From Candidatus Nomurabacteria bacterium (GTDB lineage: Bacteria; Patescibacteriota; Minisyncoccia; Phycocordibacterales; UBA9973), in NCBI GenBank assembly GCA_031425235.1, contig JANPIZ010000004.1:62-64061 (forward strand): DNA of 64,000 bases, given 5' to 3'. The notes below the pieces were generated by a model, which did no database searches, had not been told where the DNA came from, and was given only the letters and a program-made list of their open reading frames with translations. The number at the start of each line of letters is the position of its first letter. Within the stretch, counting starts at the first letter, position 1. Both the position numbers and the translations under genes were made by a program. This document shows positions 60,741 to 64,000 of this stretch, in pieces.

Positions 60741-61388
60741 TTAGGGCTTACGTATTAACTGTGTGGATAACTCCATAAAGCCCTTGCCTTGAATCACTAC
60801 CTCATGAGGAAAGTCTAAAATATCACGGACAAGCTTATCGTACATACTGAGCCTGTAGGTAAACTCCTTTGAGTCAAACACAGCGTAAGTAAGTTCAGTA
60901 CCTATCTCAGCTTCGAGTTTTTTGACCCCTTCATCTATTTTACCTCGTTTCATTTTATCCCCTACGATAAGTAAATCGACTCGGCTATTGTCATTTTTTA
61001 TAAAAATACCAGACACAACGAGGAGTTTGACCTTCCCACCAACGCTTTTAAAATTATCTATAACCTTTGCGGTGTTTAAGCTTTGAGAACCAATAAGAAG
61101 ATCTTCGAATTCTTTTGCGTATTTAAAAGAGCCATTAAAAAACCATTCGGAAGAATTTTTCTTTATTCCTTTTTTAATAAAACCGACCGACGATAGTAAC
61201 GTAATTTCTTTTCGAGCTGCTCCTGCATTGATACGACTTCGAGTTACGACATCTTTATTCTTGAACCCCGTAGTTCTATTAAGTAAAAAAAGTCGCATTA
61301 TCTTCACTCGTGCTGGATTTCCCAGTAATTTACCTAAAGTTTCCATCCCTGTATTATACGCTTTTTTATGAAAAACAAAATAGCCCAA
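60741..61388 (-). CDS. Hypothetical protein
   Basis: 215-aa ORF, Lys-rich, no family recognised. Confidence 0.35.
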   Translation of the reverse strand: MGYFVFHKKAYNTGMETLGKLLGNPARVKIMRLFLLNRTTGFKNKDVVTRSRINAGAARKEITLLSSVGFIKKGIKKNSSEWFFNGSFKYAKEFEDLLIGSQSLNTAKVIDNFKSVGGKVKLLVVSGIFIKNDNSRVDLLIVGDKMKRGKIDEGVKKLEAEIGTELTYAVFDSKEFTYRLSMYDKLVRDILDFPHEVVIQGKGFMELSTQLIRKP

Positions 61389-61417
61389 GCGCGCATATAG
61401 GCGCTTGGGCTATTTTG
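61378..61417 (-). terminator. Rho-independent terminator (aaatagcccaagcgc...gcgcttgggctatttt)
   Basis: 15-bp GC-rich stem immediately downstream of the beta-helix protein gene. Confidence 0.7.
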
Positions 61418-61428
61418 TAAAAAACCTA

Positions 61429-63996
61429 TTATTTATTGAGCAAGGCCACGGTTAGAGGTCCCACTACGCCATCCCCATCTAAGCCATTCGCCAGTTGAAA
61501 TGTAATTACCGCTGCCTTTGTTTTCAGTCCAAAATTTCCATCAACTATTCCCGTGTCATATCCTGCATTGTTTAAGAATTTTTGAAGCTCAAGAACTTCG
61601 TTCCCTTTTGAGCCAAGTCGCAACACTTGTGTAAAACGGAAAGATTCAGCACCTAGAACTTTAGTAGTATTCTTTAGCCCAGTGACATTTTGACCCACTG
61701 TGACTGCAGTTGATGCCGTTACAGATCCAGTAGTATCTTTATAACTTGCTGTGATTGTAGTAGTCCCTTCAGAGATTCCTGTCACACTCGCCGTTTGATA
61801 ATCAGGGCGATATATCAGACATTGTGTATCGGCAGCACATGCATCTTTGTATCCGACACTCGCTATTTTTGGATTACTTGAAGTCCAAATCGCCTGTACC
61901 ACGTATGGACTTGGCATTACTTGTGCACAGGCCAAGCCTGTAGCGCATGTCGGCATTGGTGGTTGATATAGAGCCTGAAGGGTTGCACTCGTACCAACTT
62001 GTAACGAAGAATTTGATTGGGCGATAGAAAGAGAACCCGCCTGTTGTTCTAAGATCGGGATAACTCCTGTCGAATTACACACGGTAATTTTATTTTTAAG
62101 TCCTAGCAACTCAGATACTTTTGGAGAACCGAGGAAACTATCACCACAGGATGTTACCCGACTTTCATTTCCTGGATAAATATTCATTGGGTCATCTGAT
62201 CCTGATGTATTAAAATATATAGAACGAGTACCGAGAGGTCGTAATTGCCTATTATATGGATTTGGGTATATGTTTGATACGCTAAGTAAATATATTTTAC
62301 CCGCTACATAAAATCCATCTCGCAGATCACTATTCTTAATCATAACGGGGTATGGAGTCCACCCAATTGCCCATGGCGCATAAAATGCATACTTCATATT
62401 TTTTGAAGTAAGGTTTTCAATTCTCAGTCCGCCTATCCTACTCGCAGTCATACATGCATCCGCTCGTCCTGAATCCAAACTAGATTCCCCTTCGCAATAA
62501 AGTCCTCTAATAGATAGTCCACCCCGATCAAGCACGATTCCTTTTTGCCCAGCTTTCATGCCAAGTATCTTAATATTTTCTAAATTCCAGTTGGAAATAT
62601 TGTCATCGTTCAAATCCATACCAATACTATTACTAGTTAAAGTTATATTTCGGAGTGCAAATGAATCTAGTTGTGGCTGACCATGAGCATGTATACCGCG
62701 ATTAAATCCCGAAATATTTAAATCTGAAAAAATACTGTCTCCGGTTACACCCGAGTCTCCTTTAAATTCTATCGCTGTCGTCTGCCCACTTGAGCTCCTG
62801 CTCGTCATAGATAAATTACTGATCACAATCCCTCTTTTAATAATAGTGTCGGATCTGAGAGCATGAATCAGAAACAGTGGACGATTGGTTGCATTAAATT
62901 CTATAACCGAACCGGATTCTCCGCGGAAAGTTATCCCGTCTTCTAGTTTTAAAGTATCAGTAATTTTATATCGTCCAGAGGGAACAAGTATCGTGCTCGC
63001 TGACCACATTATTGATTGAGAATCTTGCATTGCCCTTCTGAAAGCAGCCGTATCGTCAGTTACTCCGTCTCCTTTAGCGCCAAAGCTTTTTACATTTAAA
63101 ATTTTAGCATTCGAATTACTACTAGTAGTTAACCAATTAAAGAGTGGGAATGACAAACTGCCTGTAGCATGAGAGTTTTTAATTTTAGTTACATCAAAAT
63201 TACAATCACTTGGAATCGATGCTAGCCCAGGATACGGATCAGCTGGATATCTCTCTGTTGGGTTTGGATAACCATTCTGAAAAACATCACCACAAGCGTA
63301 TAGCGTAGAAAGAGATCCACTGCCTGAGAAATTGAGACGCCACCTAGGTTCATCTAAGGATGAGCGATTAGCAAAACTATAAATAACATTTTTTGCTTCT
63401 ACTACTCCGCCAAGAGCAGAATTTTCAAAATAGATAGGGTGGGTAGAAGAATCTTTTATTTTCAAACCTTCCCTTGGTCCTTCGGAGTGAGCTTGAGTAA
63501 AATGGAGTGAGCCTGAACGTTTACCGATCTGAAGACATAACTCTGCGTCATGTAAAGTTGAGGCGCATGAAAGTTGCAAAAATGCCATTTCGCCAGAACG
63601 GTCTAATAATACTCCATTTTGCTCACGAACCATTTCCACTAAATTCAAGTTTTGAACATCCCATTTCGTAGCATTTAAACTGCGGACTCTTAAGCCCCAA
63701 TAATTCGCGTTTGAGGCTACATTTTTTATTTTTACATTTTCTATAACTGGATTACCTGAATTAGCTCCGGCGTCGATCCCATAAGTAAAATTTATTATTC
63801 TTAAGTTCTCAAACTGAATATTGTTAGCGTTTCCAGCTATGCGTATCGCTGTAGTATTTTCAGTATTAATACGATTTACATCATATCTTGGATACACATG
63901 CGGCCCAGGAGTCATAGAACGTAATTCAACGTCCTTGATGACAACATTTTTTGCGCCAGAAGAAATTGACAACAAGGCCATGCCAGTAGCATTCAT
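61429..63996 (-). CDS. Large secreted right-handed beta-helix (pectate-lyase-like) repeat protein with C-terminal peptidoglycan-binding domain; N-terminus may extend beyond the window edge
   Basis: Recurrent NxxIxNV/beta-helix rungs (IKNVASNANYWGLRV, etc.); C-terminal LRLGSKGNEVLELQKFLNNAGYDTGIVDGNFGLKTKAAVITFQLANGL matches PG_binding_1. Confidence 0.6.
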   Translation of the reverse strand: MNATGMALLSISSGAKNVVIKDVELRSMTPGPHVYPRYDVNRINTENTTAIRIAGNANNIQFENLRIINFTYGIDAGANSGNPVIENVKIKNVASNANYWGLRVRSLNATKWDVQNLNLVEMVREQNGVLLDRSGEMAFLQLSCASTLHDAELCLQIGKRSGSLHFTQAHSEGPREGLKIKDSSTHPIYFENSALGGVVEAKNVIYSFANRSSLDEPRWRLNFSGSGSLSTLYACGDVFQNGYPNPTERYPADPYPGLASIPSDCNFDVTKIKNSHATGSLSFPLFNWLTTSSNSNAKILNVKSFGAKGDGVTDDTAAFRRAMQDSQSIMWSASTILVPSGRYKITDTLKLEDGITFRGESGSVIEFNATNRPLFLIHALRSDTIIKRGIVISNLSMTSRSSSGQTTAIEFKGDSGVTGDSIFSDLNISGFNRGIHAHGQPQLDSFALRNITLTSNSIGMDLNDDNISNWNLENIKILGMKAGQKGIVLDRGGLSIRGLYCEGESSLDSGRADACMTASRIGGLRIENLTSKNMKYAFYAPWAIGWTPYPVMIKNSDLRDGFYVAGKIYLLSVSNIYPNPYNRQLRPLGTRSIYFNTSGSDDPMNIYPGNESRVTSCGDSFLGSPKVSELLGLKNKITVCNSTGVIPILEQQAGSLSIAQSNSSLQVGTSATLQALYQPPMPTCATGLACAQVMPSPYVVQAIWTSSNPKIASVGYKDACAADTQCLIYRPDYQTASVTGISEGTTTITASYKDTTGSVTASTAVTVGQNVTGLKNTTKVLGAESFRFTQVLRLGSKGNEVLELQKFLNNAGYDTGIVDGNFGLKTKAAVITFQLANGLDGDGVVGPLTVALLNK

Positions 63997-64000
63997 ATCG

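Overview
This is an AT-rich bacterial window whose gene content points to a Candidate Phyla Radiation / Patescibacteria-like genome. The supporting signs are L30 absent from the spc operon, a short L15, abundant type IV pilins, a B12-dependent class II ribonucleotide reductase, and a 23S rRNA with three group I-type insertions. That taxonomic placement is inference only. The window runs through the following regions. Region (i), 1-2200: a large serine recombinase split by a frameshift, plus an XRE regulator, bracketed by a 157-bp inverted repeat that overlaps the 3' end of a minus-strand tRNA-Thr. Region (ii), 2300-11500: a minus-strand copper homeostasis cluster (CopA P1B-ATPase, CsoR, a Met-rich DUF305 protein, an HMA-fused membrane protein, a cupredoxin-like protein, DoxX), followed by NUDIX and IMPase genes, then tRNA-Asp and tRNA-Met. 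Beside tRNA-Asp there is a 17-nt repeat of its 3' end and a 14+14 palindrome. Region (iii): recG, then a B12 module (PduO-type adenosyltransferase, NrdJ, a small membrane protein), then tRNA-Ile(UAU), a GIY-YIG protein, ftsH, smpB and a tmRNA. Region (iv): an island of roughly 6 kb inserted into the 3' end of the tmRNA gene. It carries a large serine recombinase, a type II restriction-modification pair (m5C methyltransferase plus a putative endonuclease), an ImmA/XRE regulator pair and a DUF1508 protein. Region (v): infC-rpmI-rplT, a beta-CASP ribonuclease, CYTH-domain proteins, NDK, a 923-aa soluble ATPase resembling a type IV coupling protein (TraD/TrwB-like), MetAP, archaeal-type UMP kinase and adenylate kinases. 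Region (vi): secY and the spc/S10 ribosomal protein run from rplO to rpsS on the minus strand, with a 2.7-kb type IV pilin cassette inserted between rpsN and rplE. Region (vii): 5S and 23S rRNA lie immediately upstream of rpsS on the same strand. The 23S gene carries three group I-like insertions at the I-CeuI-site, the I-CreI-site and just 5' of the sarcin-ricin loop. The last of these encodes a LAGLIDADG homing endonuclease. Region (viii): a membrane protein, a hypothetical protein and a large beta-helix protein with a peptidoglycan-binding domain that reaches the window edge. No CRISPR array was seen.
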